Made by a program: the position numbers and the translations under genes
Virus record (IMG/VR): IMGVR_UViG_3300049841_000045
Span: 1-56,858 of that record
Reading direction: 5' to 3' (one strand)
DNA length: 56,858 nucleotides
Source: a virus
Taxonomy: Duplodnaviria > Caudoviricetes
The notes under the pieces: model-generated
Databases searched by the model: none
What the model was told of the DNA's origin: nothing
Seen by the model: only the letters and a program-made list of their open reading frames with translations
Part shown: one piece after another, positions 8,916 to 19,205 of the stretch
How the letters are laid out: every line of letters begins with the position of its first letter
How positions within the stretch are numbered: the first letter of the stretch is position 1

Positions 8916-11398
8916 TGGCTAAGTCAAACGTCGTCATCAATAACTTTCTTTCCGGGGTACTGGACCCCCGGGCATCCGCGCGCATCGATACGGAAGCATT
9001 CAATCGCGGTCTGCTTCGCGGGATCAACATTACCCCGGTTCATCTGGGTGGGGTGCGCCGTCGCCCCGGGTTGAAGTACCTCTACTCGCTCCCCAACCAG
9101 ATCACGCGAATCAGCGGAGGGGTTAGCGTCACGGCACCGAATGGCGGAACGACAGGTAACGCCAACGATGACAGTGAAACGACGTACCTGGCGACGACAG
9201 TCAACGTCAGCACGAATGACCCCTACGTCGTGGTGCACTACGACCTGGGCTCTGCCCAGGCAGTGCTCTTTGCGGATGCGATGGGAATCAGGAGCGACAG
9301 TGGGTCGAGCACGCAGTTCCACATCCAGTACAGCACGAACGACACGGACTGGACGACGCTGGGCGCAGCGTTCTATATCGACACTACGGCTCGGCACTAC
9401 CGGCGCAAGGGGCCCTTCACGGCCCGGTACTGGCGCATCGTCAAGATCGGCGGCACTTCGATGGGGACCGCCAAGATCACGATCAGCGGGTTCAACCTGT
9501 GGTTGGATAGCGGGGCGATGTCTGAGGGCCGGACGATCTCCTTCGAGGTTTCAACTTCGGAGCAGTACACCGTTGTCCTAACGGATCGTTCGGCGACGGT
9601 GTTCAACAACGGCGTGCTGGCCGATCACCAGCCAATGCCCTACGAGAGCGCGGATCTATCTGAGATCGATGCGGCGTCCTTTGCCGAGACGATGGCGTTG
9701 GTACACGAAGACTACTCGCCGCGGTTTCTGGTTCGGGAGTCGGCGACGAACTTCCAGCAGTTCGAGGTTGATTTCAACAACATCCCGCAGATCGACTATG
9801 CGGACACTTCAAGCCCCACTCCGGTGTCGGATCAACAGTCCCTCGCCTTCACCAGCTTCGTTGAAGGCGATACGTTTCAGCTCTCGCTCGAGGGCGCCAC
9901 CACCGGAGCAATCACGTACTCGGGCGCCAATGCCACCACGGCGGCCAACATCGCCCGCGAGGTCCAGAAACTCTGGTCTGTGCAGGCATTCGACGGGGTG
10001 AGTTGTTCGGGGGTTGGCCCCTTCGTCGTCACGTTCGCCAACGCCTCGGCTGCCGCCTACGACAAAATGACAGGCACGACGTTGACGGGTACAGGCACGA
10101 TTGCCGTCACCCACTCGATCACTGGCACGTCGCGTAAGGAGGATGTGTGGAGTGCGACACGGGGCTATCCCCGGTCGGTGGAGTTCTTCGAGGGCCGGAT
10201 GTACTTCGGCGGCACGTTGTCGCGCCAGCAGTCCGTCATCGGAAGCCAGGTCAACAACATTCTCGAGTTCGAGATTGGCGAGGGGCTGGACGATGACGTG
10301 GTGTTTGTCACGCTGAACGGCCGGCAGCTCAACGCGATCCAAGGCATGTTCGCCGGGCGCAGCCTGCAGCTCTTCACCAGTGGCGGGGAGTTCCGCTTCG
10401 TCAAGGAGTCGGGGGTTCCTATCACTCCGGGGGACTACCCGGTGAACCAGACTCAGTACGGCGCGGCCAAGGTCCGCCCGGTCACGATCGACGGGGCGAC
10501 GATCTACATCCAGCGTAACCGCAAGTCGGTTCGCGACTTCCGGTTCGACTACACGGAGAACGCCTACAACTCGCTGGGCGTCTCATCCCTCGCCCCGCAC
10601 CTCATCTATGACGTGCGGGATCTCGCGGCGTGGAATGGCTCGGCGATCGATGAGATCAATCTGGTATTCGTCGTCAATGGGACGAACCCCGATACGAGTT
10701 CGGATGCCTTCGGCCCCGGCACGGTGGCGGTGTACAACTCTCGCAAGGAGTCCAACATCTCGGCGTGGACGATCTGGACGACGGACGGGGAGTTCAAGGG
10801 TGTCAGCACGATCAACCAGGACATCTTCTTCATCGTCAAGCGCACGCTGGGCGGGGTGGACGTACTAACGTTCGAACAGGCGAATGCAGACTACTACACG
10901 GACTGCGCGATACAGGTGACGAATGCTCCGGCGTCAGCTACGGTGACTGGTCTTGGGCATCTAAACGGCGAGGATTGTCGCGTGCGCGCCGACGGGTTCA
11001 TCCTCGAGAACGTAACACCTTCGGCGGGAAGCGCTACGATCGAGCGAGTGAGTTCGCTGGTGGAGGTGGGGTTGGATTGGACGCCGGACGTGACGCCAAT
11101 GCCGCTGCAGACGATGACGCCCAACGGAACGAACCTGATGCGCAAGCGCCGGATCGTCAAGGTGCGCGCCAAGGTGCGCAATACGCTTGGACTGCTGGTG
11201 AACGGCCGGCCGCTCCCGGATCGGTACTTCGATATCGATGACTTCGACGCTCCGGCGACGCCGTTCACTGGCGTACACGTTCTGGAAGAAACAACGAACT
11301 GGGACGAGCAGGAAGACAAACTCGTGTCGTTCACGCAGGTTGACCCGCTGCCGATGGAAATCCTGTCCATCGACGTGCAGCTCGAGGGAGACGTATAA
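8915..11398 (+). CDS. Tail tubular protein B / nozzle (T7 gp12 / P22 gp10-like) with inserted accessory domains
   Basis: NNFLSGVLDP...GGVRRRPG N-terminus, WSATRGYPRSVEFFEGRMYFGG, LFTSGGEF and QVDPLPMEILSI C-terminus. Confidence 0.9.
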   Translation: MAKSNVVINNFLSGVLDPRASARIDTEAFNRGLLRGINITPVHLGGVRRRPGLKYLYSLPNQITRISGGVSVTAPNGGTTGNANDDSETTYLATTVNVSTNDPYVVVHYDLGSAQAVLFADAMGIRSDSGSSTQFHIQYSTNDTDWTTLGAAFYIDTTARHYRRKGPFTARYWRIVKIGGTSMGTAKITISGFNLWLDSGAMSEGRTISFEVSTSEQYTVVLTDRSATVFNNGVLADHQPMPYESADLSEIDAASFAETMALVHEDYSPRFLVRESATNFQQFEVDFNNIPQIDYADTSSPTPVSDQQSLAFTSFVEGDTFQLSLEGATTGAITYSGANATTAANIAREVQKLWSVQAFDGVSCSGVGPFVVTFANASAAAYDKMTGTTLTGTGTIAVTHSITGTSRKEDVWSATRGYPRSVEFFEGRMYFGGTLSRQQSVIGSQVNNILEFEIGEGLDDDVVFVTLNGRQLNAIQGMFAGRSLQLFTSGGEFRFVKESGVPITPGDYPVNQTQYGAAKVRPVTIDGATIYIQRNRKSVRDFRFDYTENAYNSLGVSSLAPHLIYDVRDLAAWNGSAIDEINLVFVVNGTNPDTSSDAFGPGTVAVYNSRKESNISAWTIWTTDGEFKGVSTINQDIFFIVKRTLGGVDVLTFEQANADYYTDCAIQVTNAPASATVTGLGHLNGEDCRVRADGFILENVTPSAGSATIERVSSLVEVGLDWTPDVTPMPLQTMTPNGTNLMRKRRIVKVRAKVRNTLGLLVNGRPLPDRYFDIDDFDAPATPFTGVHVLEETTNWDEQEDKLVSFTQVDPLPMEILSIDVQLEGDV

Positions 11399-11817
11399 TG
11401 GCTTTTTTGACTCTGGCGACCGGGCTTCTGGCGGCTAGCGCTACTCGTAATGCCGGCATCGCCCAGCAGCAGCAATACAATTACCAAGCCTATACGGAAG
11501 GATTGGCTGCGAAGCAGCGCGAGATCGATCGTCGCCGGGATTTAATGCGGGCTCTGGCTGCGCAAAATGCCGCGGCGGGCGTGGGCGGTATCGAGACTGG
11601 CGGTTCGTTTGGCGCGATCGTGCGCAGGAACATCAACGAAAACCAGAATGATCTGCTGGTTAGCCAGGCGAATCTTTCGGCTAGGCAGATGGGGCTTCGT
11701 ACCGCGGGGCTCAACGCGCGCAGTTCCGCGAACGCGGGGGCCACCGTGTCGTTACTGGATACGGCCGGGAAAGTCTACAACGAGATCGGTAGCGCGTTTA
11801 CCGGCGGGCTGGGATAG
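11398..11817 (+). CDS. Internal virion (ejection) protein, small
   Basis: Ala/Gln-rich helical 139-aa ORF after tubular B, as in podovirus gene order. Confidence 0.7.
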   Translation: MAFLTLATGLLAASATRNAGIAQQQQYNYQAYTEGLAAKQREIDRRRDLMRALAAQNAAAGVGGIETGGSFGAIVRRNINENQNDLLVSQANLSARQMGLRTAGLNARSSANAGATVSLLDTAGKVYNEIGSAFTGGLG

Positions 11818-11819
11818 CC

Positions 11820-13409
11820 ATGGCTCTGCAGTACCGTCAGCTTCAGTCCCCCGAGCAAGTCGACACCCAAACCGTGGATGTTGGCGGATCGACTGCGGCG
11901 AATAGTCTCGCTCACGCGCTCAAAAGTTTCGAGGGAGTTGTTTCGGATATAGGCGCAGGGATTCAGAAGCGGAGCGGGGAGGATGCGGGCGCTGCCGCGG
12001 GGGCTTCAGGGAATCCGAAGTTCAAGTCCGGGTTCTGGTCGCAGACGGCGTATGCGCAGGCGTACAACAATGCCGCACTTCGCTCCTACGCCATTCGGGC
12101 CGAGGCAGATGCGGAGGATCAGGCTTCGCGGCTGACCGTCGAGGCAGGTACTGACCCCCAGAAGTTCGCCGCCACGTTCGGAGCGGTGCGCGATCAGACG
12201 CTCAAGAACGCGCCGCCCGAGGCACGTGCAATACTATCTGACTTGTACAACCGTCATCTCGCGGAGGGGGTGGCTAAACTGAGTCAGGCGCAGGCGACGG
12301 AGATTCGCGGGCAGCAGCGCAATGATGTGTCGGACGGCATTTTGCGTTCGACCGATCGTATCGCGCATCTTCGTTCGCAGGACGATCTGGCGTCATCGGC
12401 GCAGGCGGATCAGGAAGAGATGCGGTTGCAGATGCTGATCGATAGCGCCGAGAAGGACGGCACGATCAGCCCGATCGAGGCCGCTGCTACGCGAAAGAGC
12501 GTATCGTACGACATTACCAAGCAGACGGTTGTCGCCAAGTTCGAAAAGGTGCTGGAGAGCCCATACGGTGATCCGGTAGGGTTCATCAAGAAGCTCAAGG
12601 ACTTCAACCAGACGAGCGATGTCCTGCCGCCGGACGAGGAGCATAAGCTCGAGACCACGTTGATGGCGACGCTGCGGGAACACAACTCGCTGGAGGCGAT
12701 GCAGCATTCGCAAGCCAACGCCCTTCAGGAATCGATGATGGCCGCGGGGGATCGGGAGGCGACGGCGGATCTTCTGGCAGGGCGCCTCACTCAACGCAAA
12801 CTCTATGACATGGTCTCTCAGGAGCGGATCTCTCCCGCCGTGGCGCGGACGCTCAACAACGAGTTGAGTTCTGGGAATACGGTCGCGGATGATCAGAAGT
12901 TGAAGGCCCACGTACGACTGAATGTCCTGGACTACAGCGAGCAGGATATCTTGGAGATGCGCGGGCTCTCGTGGCAGACGAAGTCGGATCTAATCGAGCA
13001 GCGGCGCAAGGACTCTGAAGGTTGGAAGGGTACGCAGCAGGCCAGGGAAGCGCAGGCGCGCATTGATCGGTCGCTGGGCATCCCGGAAGGCGGACTCATC
13101 GGTATGCTGAGCGGGGATAAGGCGGATCAGCGTGATCAGGCTATGACGCAGTGGTACAACGCCGTGGATGCACTGGACCCCGCGGAGCGCCAGAGCCAGG
13201 TCATCACCATGGCGGAGGATGTCATCGGGCGGTACATCCGCAAGAACAAGGCGAGTGAAGCGCAGCGGTTGCGCGGTCTGAAAGATGCCTACATACGGGC
13301 TCACCCGCTGGATAGCCTGAACGATGAAGCGCGTAAGACGTATGACACGCGCATTTCGAAGTTCGACACCGATATCGCGGCAGCGGAAGCCGAGGCAGCG
13401 CGTAAATGA
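11820..13409 (+). CDS. Internal virion (ejection) protein
   Basis: 529-aa helical protein in the expected position. Confidence 0.7.
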   Translation: MALQYRQLQSPEQVDTQTVDVGGSTAANSLAHALKSFEGVVSDIGAGIQKRSGEDAGAAAGASGNPKFKSGFWSQTAYAQAYNNAALRSYAIRAEADAEDQASRLTVEAGTDPQKFAATFGAVRDQTLKNAPPEARAILSDLYNRHLAEGVAKLSQAQATEIRGQQRNDVSDGILRSTDRIAHLRSQDDLASSAQADQEEMRLQMLIDSAEKDGTISPIEAAATRKSVSYDITKQTVVAKFEKVLESPYGDPVGFIKKLKDFNQTSDVLPPDEEHKLETTLMATLREHNSLEAMQHSQANALQESMMAAGDREATADLLAGRLTQRKLYDMVSQERISPAVARTLNNELSSGNTVADDQKLKAHVRLNVLDYSEQDILEMRGLSWQTKSDLIEQRRKDSEGWKGTQQAREAQARIDRSLGIPEGGLIGMLSGDKADQRDQAMTQWYNAVDALDPAERQSQVITMAEDVIGRYIRKNKASEAQRLRGLKDAYIRAHPLDSLNDEARKTYDTRISKFDTDIAAAEAEAARK

Positions 13410-14548
13410 ACCCGGCAGAGATTTCCCCGAACGATCCTGATCTCCTGGCGGCGAATACCGAACTGCAGGCGGCTCAGGAACGCGGCCAGCAGAAGGAAAC
13501 GCTCGCGCATTTTGGCGGTGTAACGGACACGATGCCCGGCGAGCACGATCCGATCTCGCCGTGGCTGCGGAGCCTGCCGAAGAACGTCAGTGTGGGGCTC
13601 ATCGATGCGGCGGTCAATACCGCGGATGCGATTGGTTCAGCGACGAACGCGATCGCCGACAAGGCCGGTATTCCCGAGACGCCGAAGGGCAATACGGTCG
13701 ACAAGGCGTATCTCTTGGCTCGGGATCACGTCCTGAATTTCCGTGACGCTCTCGCAACCGACTCCAGTTCCAGCGACGAGATGACCCAGGCGATTGCGCA
13801 GTACGCGATCCCGTTTCTCGGCTGGATGAAGTTGATGGGGGGCCTGAAGGGGACTGGCGTTCTTGGCGCTGTCGGTAAGACTGCCGCCGCGGAGACCCTG
13901 ACCGCAGGCACCGTCCTGAAACCACATGATGCGCGCATGGCGGATGTCGTCGCGCTGGGCAAACACGTCGAGAGTCGGTTCGGCAAGGCGATGAACACGC
14001 TCTCCCCTGACGGCAGTCTGATGAACTCCTACATCAACTGGATGACGGATCGCTCGAACGAAGGGGAGTGGGAAGGCCGGTTCAAGAACGTGGTGGACAA
14101 CCTGGCGGTGTCGGCCGCGGGGGCTGCGCTGGTTCAGGCAAGCGCCGCGGCGTTAAAGGGCACGTGGGCGGTGGGTAAGTATGGGATCGAGAACGTTGGC
14201 AAGGCCCCGGTAGGGCTGAGCGCGCAGAAGGGAGTTCTTGGCGTGGCTAACAACGCATCTGTCGAATCCCCGGCTAGCCTTGAGGCAATCAACCGCGTCG
14301 CGGAAGAGAAGGTGTTGGGGCGAGTACGGATGGTCATTGATCGTGATGGCACCGTACGCCCTCTTCTCGGGGTTGATGCTGTCGATGCCGCGGCCAAGGA
14401 GGGGCAGATCATTGTGCAACGCAATATCGGCGAGCACGAATGGACGCCGTTGTCAAAAGGCAAGGGCGTAGCCGACACCCAAGTGAAAGGTATTCTCAAC
14501 GCTTCGAAGAGCAAGCTGGACGAAGCTATGAAAGCGGGAGCTAAGTAA
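13406..14548 (+). CDS. Internal virion protein
   Basis: 380 aa; hydrophobic Gly/Ala segments and EGRFKNVVDNL motif typical of podophage ejection proteins. Confidence 0.65.
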   Translation: MNPAEISPNDPDLLAANTELQAAQERGQQKETLAHFGGVTDTMPGEHDPISPWLRSLPKNVSVGLIDAAVNTADAIGSATNAIADKAGIPETPKGNTVDKAYLLARDHVLNFRDALATDSSSSDEMTQAIAQYAIPFLGWMKLMGGLKGTGVLGAVGKTAAAETLTAGTVLKPHDARMADVVALGKHVESRFGKAMNTLSPDGSLMNSYINWMTDRSNEGEWEGRFKNVVDNLAVSAAGAALVQASAAALKGTWAVGKYGIENVGKAPVGLSAQKGVLGVANNASVESPASLEAINRVAEEKVLGRVRMVIDRDGTVRPLLGVDAVDAAAKEGQIIVQRNIGEHEWTPLSKGKGVADTQVKGILNASKSKLDEAMKAGAK

Positions 14549-17383
14549 GTGCCTGACTATGGCCTAAAAGAAGCGCTGGAACAGGCCCTGAAAGGCGGCA
14601 AGGGCGCGCGCGTGGCCCGCCCGGCAGAGAAGGAGCTGGCGCAGCAGGAGGCCGACGCCGTGGCCCGCAAGGCCGCCAAAGAGGCCGCTTCCATGGGCCC
14701 CCGGACGGTCCCCCCGTCCCCAGGTCCTACGACCCGGGTCAACCCTGCGGAGCCCTTGGCGGAACCGTTTCCAGCGGAGACTTCCGGGCTCCCCGCTCCG
14801 GAGCGGCACGTCAAGGGCCAGCCTAAACCTCCAGAGCCGGCCCCGGTCAAGCCGGTGCCGCAGGAGCCGGTACGCCCGGTTGCGGCTGAGGTGCCTCCGG
14901 AATCGGTCCAGCCGCCGGATATCCCGGTCGCGGCCACTCGGATATCTCAGGCGAACTTGGGCGACTACGCGCTGGACGAAGCGCATATGCCCAATTTCGA
15001 CACCATCACGACGACTGATGACATTAAGGCAACGATCGCCGAAGTGGCCCAGCAGAATGCGTCGCGGATCAACATCGCCCGCCGGGGCATCATCACCAAT
15101 GAGCAACTGGCGGGATTGGCCGCGGACTTGGATCTGAACACCGATGTCGTGCAGCAGGTCCTGCAGCGCGAGTCGGGCGGAGTCCTGAACCCTGAAACGA
15201 TCCTCGCCGCCAGGCAGGTATTGAACTCAAGCGCTGATCGACTGAAGACACTGGCGGATAAGGTGGCCGTCGGGCAGGCGACGGATATCGAGAAGTTACA
15301 GTTCACCCGTCAGCTCCAGTTCCATAGCGAGTACCAGACTCAGTTCATGGGCGCTCGAGCCGAGACGGGCCGAGCGCTCAACGCCTTCCGTCTCCCAGTT
15401 GGATCGGATGCGACGCAGATTGCGCGCATCAACGAACTCATCGCCGGGGGTGGCGCGGATATCGAGCGTATGGCGCGCGCGATCAAGATGGCCGATAGCG
15501 TGTCGGGCATAACCCAGATCGCCAAGCAGGCATTGGGTGTTCGGGCGGCGGGCGCCTCCATGAATCTCATCAATCGCATCTTCGTGAACGGGATTCTATC
15601 CGGGCCCACGACGCATCTTGTCAACATGACGGGCAACGTGCTGTTCCAGTCCATGAATACGTTCGAACTGGGATTCGCCGCCCGCCTCGGGCGGTTCCTG
15701 CCCGGGGAGGAACACGTCATGGTAGGAGAAGCGCTGTCGAACTTCTACGGACAGGTTCAGGCAACACAGGATGCGTTCCGCCTGGCTAGTCGTGCCATGC
15801 GCACGGGTCAGACGATCGATGGCATTTTGAAGTTCGGAGTTGCCGGCCCTTCCGAAACATTGACCCGTCTCCCTGAACTGGATCGCCCTTATCTGGGCGC
15901 TACGGTGCATGGTATCGACGTGGGGATAGGTCTTCCTACGCGTGCGCTTGCGGCCGAGGATGAGCTGTTCAAGACGCTGTCCTACCGAGGATACGTTCAG
16001 CGTCAGGCGCTGCTTCATGTGCAAGAGCAATTGCAGTCCGGGGCGTTGAAGATCGAGGATGCGGCGGCCTCGGCGCGCCAGTTCATGGAAAATCCCCCGG
16101 CGGAGGTGGAACAGGCTGCCGAAGATTGGGCGCGGGAAATGACGTTCCAGTCCCCCTTGGGCAACGTCGGGCAGAAGTTGCAGTCCTTCCTTCGTAGCTC
16201 CCCGCCGCTGACGCTCATCGCTCCTTTCGTCCAGACGCCGGTCAACATCTTCAAGCAGGGCGTATACCGTTCGCCGATGGCACTCTTCACGGCCCGGTTC
16301 TGGCGCGATGTGAAGGCGGGTGGCGCGGCGCGGGATCTGGCGTTGACCAAGTTCGGAGTAGGCTCGGCGACTTCAGCCATGATCGCTTACTGGACGATGA
16401 ACGGCGATCTCACGGGCGGCGGCCCGCAGAATCCTTCAGCCCGGATGCTGTGGATGGCGGACGGTAAGCGTCCGTATTCGATCAAGGTGACTAATCCGGT
16501 CACGGGCCAGACGACTTGGAACTCCTACGCCCGACTCGAGCCTTTCGCTTCAGTCGTAGGCGCTACGGCCGATACCGTTGAGATCATGTCGTATCTGAAC
16601 AGCGATGTGGATGGGATGCCTGATCAGGAAGCGGCGTATCACGCGGCAGGCGCGATTGTAGCCGGGGTGATGAACAACACGGGTAACAAGACGTTCCTGA
16701 AGGGCATCGCCGACTTTACGGATCTGATGAACGACCCGACGCGGAATATCAAGCCGTACCTCAATCAGATGACGGTTTCTATGGAGCCGTACTCGGCATT
16801 GCAGCGCACGATCCGCAACACGGAAGACCCGTACTTGCGCGAGGCATGGACGGTGCTGGACAAACTCGCCGACAACACTCCGGGGTATTCGCGCAGTCTC
16901 CCCTTGCGTCTGGATCTCTTCGGTGAGCCGCGCGAGAAGAACTCCGGTTCGATTCTCGGTACGATGTCGCCCATCCCTGAGTCCCCCGCTAGTCGTGACG
17001 AGGTGGTAGCGGAACTGCAGGACGTGATGAAGTCGACCAATATCGTGCCCGTGACGATGCCGGGGAAAAGCGTCGCGGCGGGGCTAGGGCTCCCCGCCAT
17101 GCGCCTGACGGCCGCAGAGTACGCGGAGTTGGTGACGCTTTCGCGCGCAACGCCCATCTTCGATGGCGGCACGAAGACGTTCCACGATAAGCTATTCGAT
17201 GTCATGTCTTCGGGCGTGTACCAGGGCGCCGGCCCGGTCGCGCGCGCAGAGCTGTTGAAAATGGTGCAGCGGCAGGCGGACGAGGCCGGGCGAGCACTCC
17301 TCGAGCAGCAGAATCCAGATTACGCCCTTCGGATCTCGGAGTGGCGGTTGCGTAAGCGTCAGCTTCTGACAGGTGAGCAATAA
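14549..17383 (+). CDS. Large internal virion (ejection) protein
   Basis: 944 aa; GTG start with GGGAG SD; motifs NGILSGPTTHLVN, AEDELFK, PFVQTPVNI, YARLEPF and DLFGEP. Confidence 0.8.
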   Translation: MPDYGLKEALEQALKGGKGARVARPAEKELAQQEADAVARKAAKEAASMGPRTVPPSPGPTTRVNPAEPLAEPFPAETSGLPAPERHVKGQPKPPEPAPVKPVPQEPVRPVAAEVPPESVQPPDIPVAATRISQANLGDYALDEAHMPNFDTITTTDDIKATIAEVAQQNASRINIARRGIITNEQLAGLAADLDLNTDVVQQVLQRESGGVLNPETILAARQVLNSSADRLKTLADKVAVGQATDIEKLQFTRQLQFHSEYQTQFMGARAETGRALNAFRLPVGSDATQIARINELIAGGGADIERMARAIKMADSVSGITQIAKQALGVRAAGASMNLINRIFVNGILSGPTTHLVNMTGNVLFQSMNTFELGFAARLGRFLPGEEHVMVGEALSNFYGQVQATQDAFRLASRAMRTGQTIDGILKFGVAGPSETLTRLPELDRPYLGATVHGIDVGIGLPTRALAAEDELFKTLSYRGYVQRQALLHVQEQLQSGALKIEDAAASARQFMENPPAEVEQAAEDWAREMTFQSPLGNVGQKLQSFLRSSPPLTLIAPFVQTPVNIFKQGVYRSPMALFTARFWRDVKAGGAARDLALTKFGVGSATSAMIAYWTMNGDLTGGGPQNPSARMLWMADGKRPYSIKVTNPVTGQTTWNSYARLEPFASVVGATADTVEIMSYLNSDVDGMPDQEAAYHAAGAIVAGVMNNTGNKTFLKGIADFTDLMNDPTRNIKPYLNQMTVSMEPYSALQRTIRNTEDPYLREAWTVLDKLADNTPGYSRSLPLRLDLFGEPREKNSGSILGTMSPIPESPASRDEVVAELQDVMKSTNIVPVTMPGKSVAAGLGLPAMRLTAAEYAELVTLSRATPIFDGGTKTFHDKLFDVMSSGVYQGAGPVARAELLKMVQRQADEAGRALLEQQNPDYALRISEWRLRKRQLLTGEQ

Positions 17384-19191
17384 TGGGTATCGACAACGTC
17401 GCTGACGTAACTCCGCGCCTGCAGTATGTCGCCGGAGTGGCGCAGACGAACTTCGACTATGACTTTTCGATCTTCACTTCTGCAGATCTGATCGTCGTGG
17501 TCGACGGCGTAACCAAGGCGCTCAACACCGACTACACCGTTACTCGGGCCGAGGAAGAGGATACGGACCCGGAGACCCACGGCGGTACGGTCACGTTCCT
17601 GGTAGCAATGACTGGCGGCGAGATCATTACGATCTACCGGGATATCGCGATCGAGCGTTCGACGGACATCGCCCAGAACGGTCCCTGGTCGTCCGTGGCG
17701 TACAACGATGAGCAGGACAAGACCTACCTCCTCATGCAGCAGATCCAGGCTAACGTGGACCGGAGTCTGCGCATTCCTACCATAGCAGAAGTGGATAGCG
17801 CTGATATCATTGTCGAGCCCGCGAACTACGCCAATAAATACTTGGCGTTCGACGCCGATGGCAAGCCGACGCCGGCGGTACTGAGTTCGACGACGATGAC
17901 GCAGGCGATTGTTGGGAACTTGCTGTACCCGAGAACTGCCGCGGAGATTAGCGCGGGGGTTACACCTACGGATTATTCGTATCCCCCGGGGGATGTTCGT
18001 AGGTACGGCGCGGATCCCTCCGGCATTAGCGATGCGACTACGGCTATCAATAACGCGCTAACGGTGGCTGCACAAGGGGCCGCGCTCGGTTACGGCGGGA
18101 TTGTTTTTTTCCCGGCAGGGTATTTCCACGTTTCCGGGCTATTGACGATCCCCCAGTATTGCCGTTTTATTGGGAGCGGGCGGAGGGCTACCGTAATTCG
18201 TAGAACAGTAGATACCCCCATGGTGAACTGGGGGTCTTTCTCCACCATTGAACATATGCGACTGGAGAGCGCTTCCGGGACGTTTAATACCGATTTGATG
18301 CAAATCACGAGTGGCAGTTATCAATCTTGCTATTCCATTGAGACGGCTAACAATGATTTGCGCGCATTGACTTTCGCAGCCAACACTGGAAGTGGATTTA
18401 CCGCTTTCGATTCTTCGTTCGTGACTACCGGGGGAGCTGGAAGCGTAGCCGCAGTCGCTCTTGCTAGTGGCAGCGATAGTTCGGCCTACCCCCGATCCTT
18501 TACCAATTGCGACGGGGAAGGCTCCACGATGATTGATGTCGCGGGCATGAACAACGTCTTCATCACCGGATGTCGCACAGAAGGGATTTTGTGTACGAAT
18601 ACGGCAAACGAAGTATTTATTCGGGGTTGCCGGATAGGTTACAACGGCACAGTCACTTGGACGGGTATGCAGTCGGGACAAGTGATCGCGAACACCTTTG
18701 CTAACACGACGCTAACTCTGCAGAACTGCAACTCCATTTGGTTCATGAATGAGACGCCGGGGCTCAATATTGTTGAAAGCGGCACCAGTAGCGGAAACCG
18801 AATTTGGCTGGATGGAACTTACGTCCCCACGTTCACTACTCTAGGGGGCGGGCAAAGTTTAGGGAACGGCACCATAACGGGGTACTATTCCCGAGATGGG
18901 AGGCGCGTCAGCGCCACCATAGTTGTGCAGTTCGGGTCTACGACGAATTTTGGTAGTGGTAGATTTCGGTTCTCACTTCCTGTTACTGCAGACGCCGGCA
19001 CGTACACATGCTCGGCGTTTATAACCGACAACAACACTAGCAATCGTTATCAAGTCTTGGGTTTGGTAGAAGGGGCCAATAAGGTCGGGTTGTTTGTCCC
19101 CGGGGGAGCGGATAGCGTTGATTCCACGCACCCCATTACCTTCGCGACGAGCGATACGATATGGCTAACTATTAATTACTCGGTCGTCTAA
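17383..19191 (+). CDS. Tail fibre/spike 1 (T7-like N-terminal anchor plus pectate-lyase-like beta-helix)
   Basis: N-terminal QY.A...QT.FDY.F.IF...DL.V.VDG anchor; DVRRYGADPSG..DATTAINNA...VFFPAG.F beta-helix entry motif. Confidence 0.9.
   Translation: MGIDNVADVTPRLQYVAGVAQTNFDYDFSIFTSADLIVVVDGVTKALNTDYTVTRAEEEDTDPETHGGTVTFLVAMTGGEIITIYRDIAIERSTDIAQNGPWSSVAYNDEQDKTYLLMQQIQANVDRSLRIPTIAEVDSADIIVEPANYANKYLAFDADGKPTPAVLSSTTMTQAIVGNLLYPRTAAEISAGVTPTDYSYPPGDVRRYGADPSGISDATTAINNALTVAAQGAALGYGGIVFFPAGYFHVSGLLTIPQYCRFIGSGRRATVIRRTVDTPMVNWGSFSTIEHMRLESASGTFNTDLMQITSGSYQSCYSIETANNDLRALTFAANTGSGFTAFDSSFVTTGGAGSVAAVALASGSDSSAYPRSFTNCDGEGSTMIDVAGMNNVFITGCRTEGILCTNTANEVFIRGCRIGYNGTVTWTGMQSGQVIANTFANTTLTLQNCNSIWFMNETPGLNIVESGTSSGNRIWLDGTYVPTFTTLGGGQSLGNGTITGYYSRDGRRVSATIVVQFGSTTNFGSGRFRFSLPVTADAGTYTCSAFITDNNTSNRYQVLGLVEGANKVGLFVPGGADSVDSTHPITFATSDTIWLTINYSVV
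17890..17976 (+). repeat. 87-bp perfect direct repeat, copy 1 (copy 2 at 19695-19781)
   Basis: acgacgatgacgcaggcgattgttggg...ggggttacacctacggattat is identical in both tail-fibre genes. Confidence 0.95.
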
Positions 19192-19205
19192 ATACGGAAT
19201 ACCAC

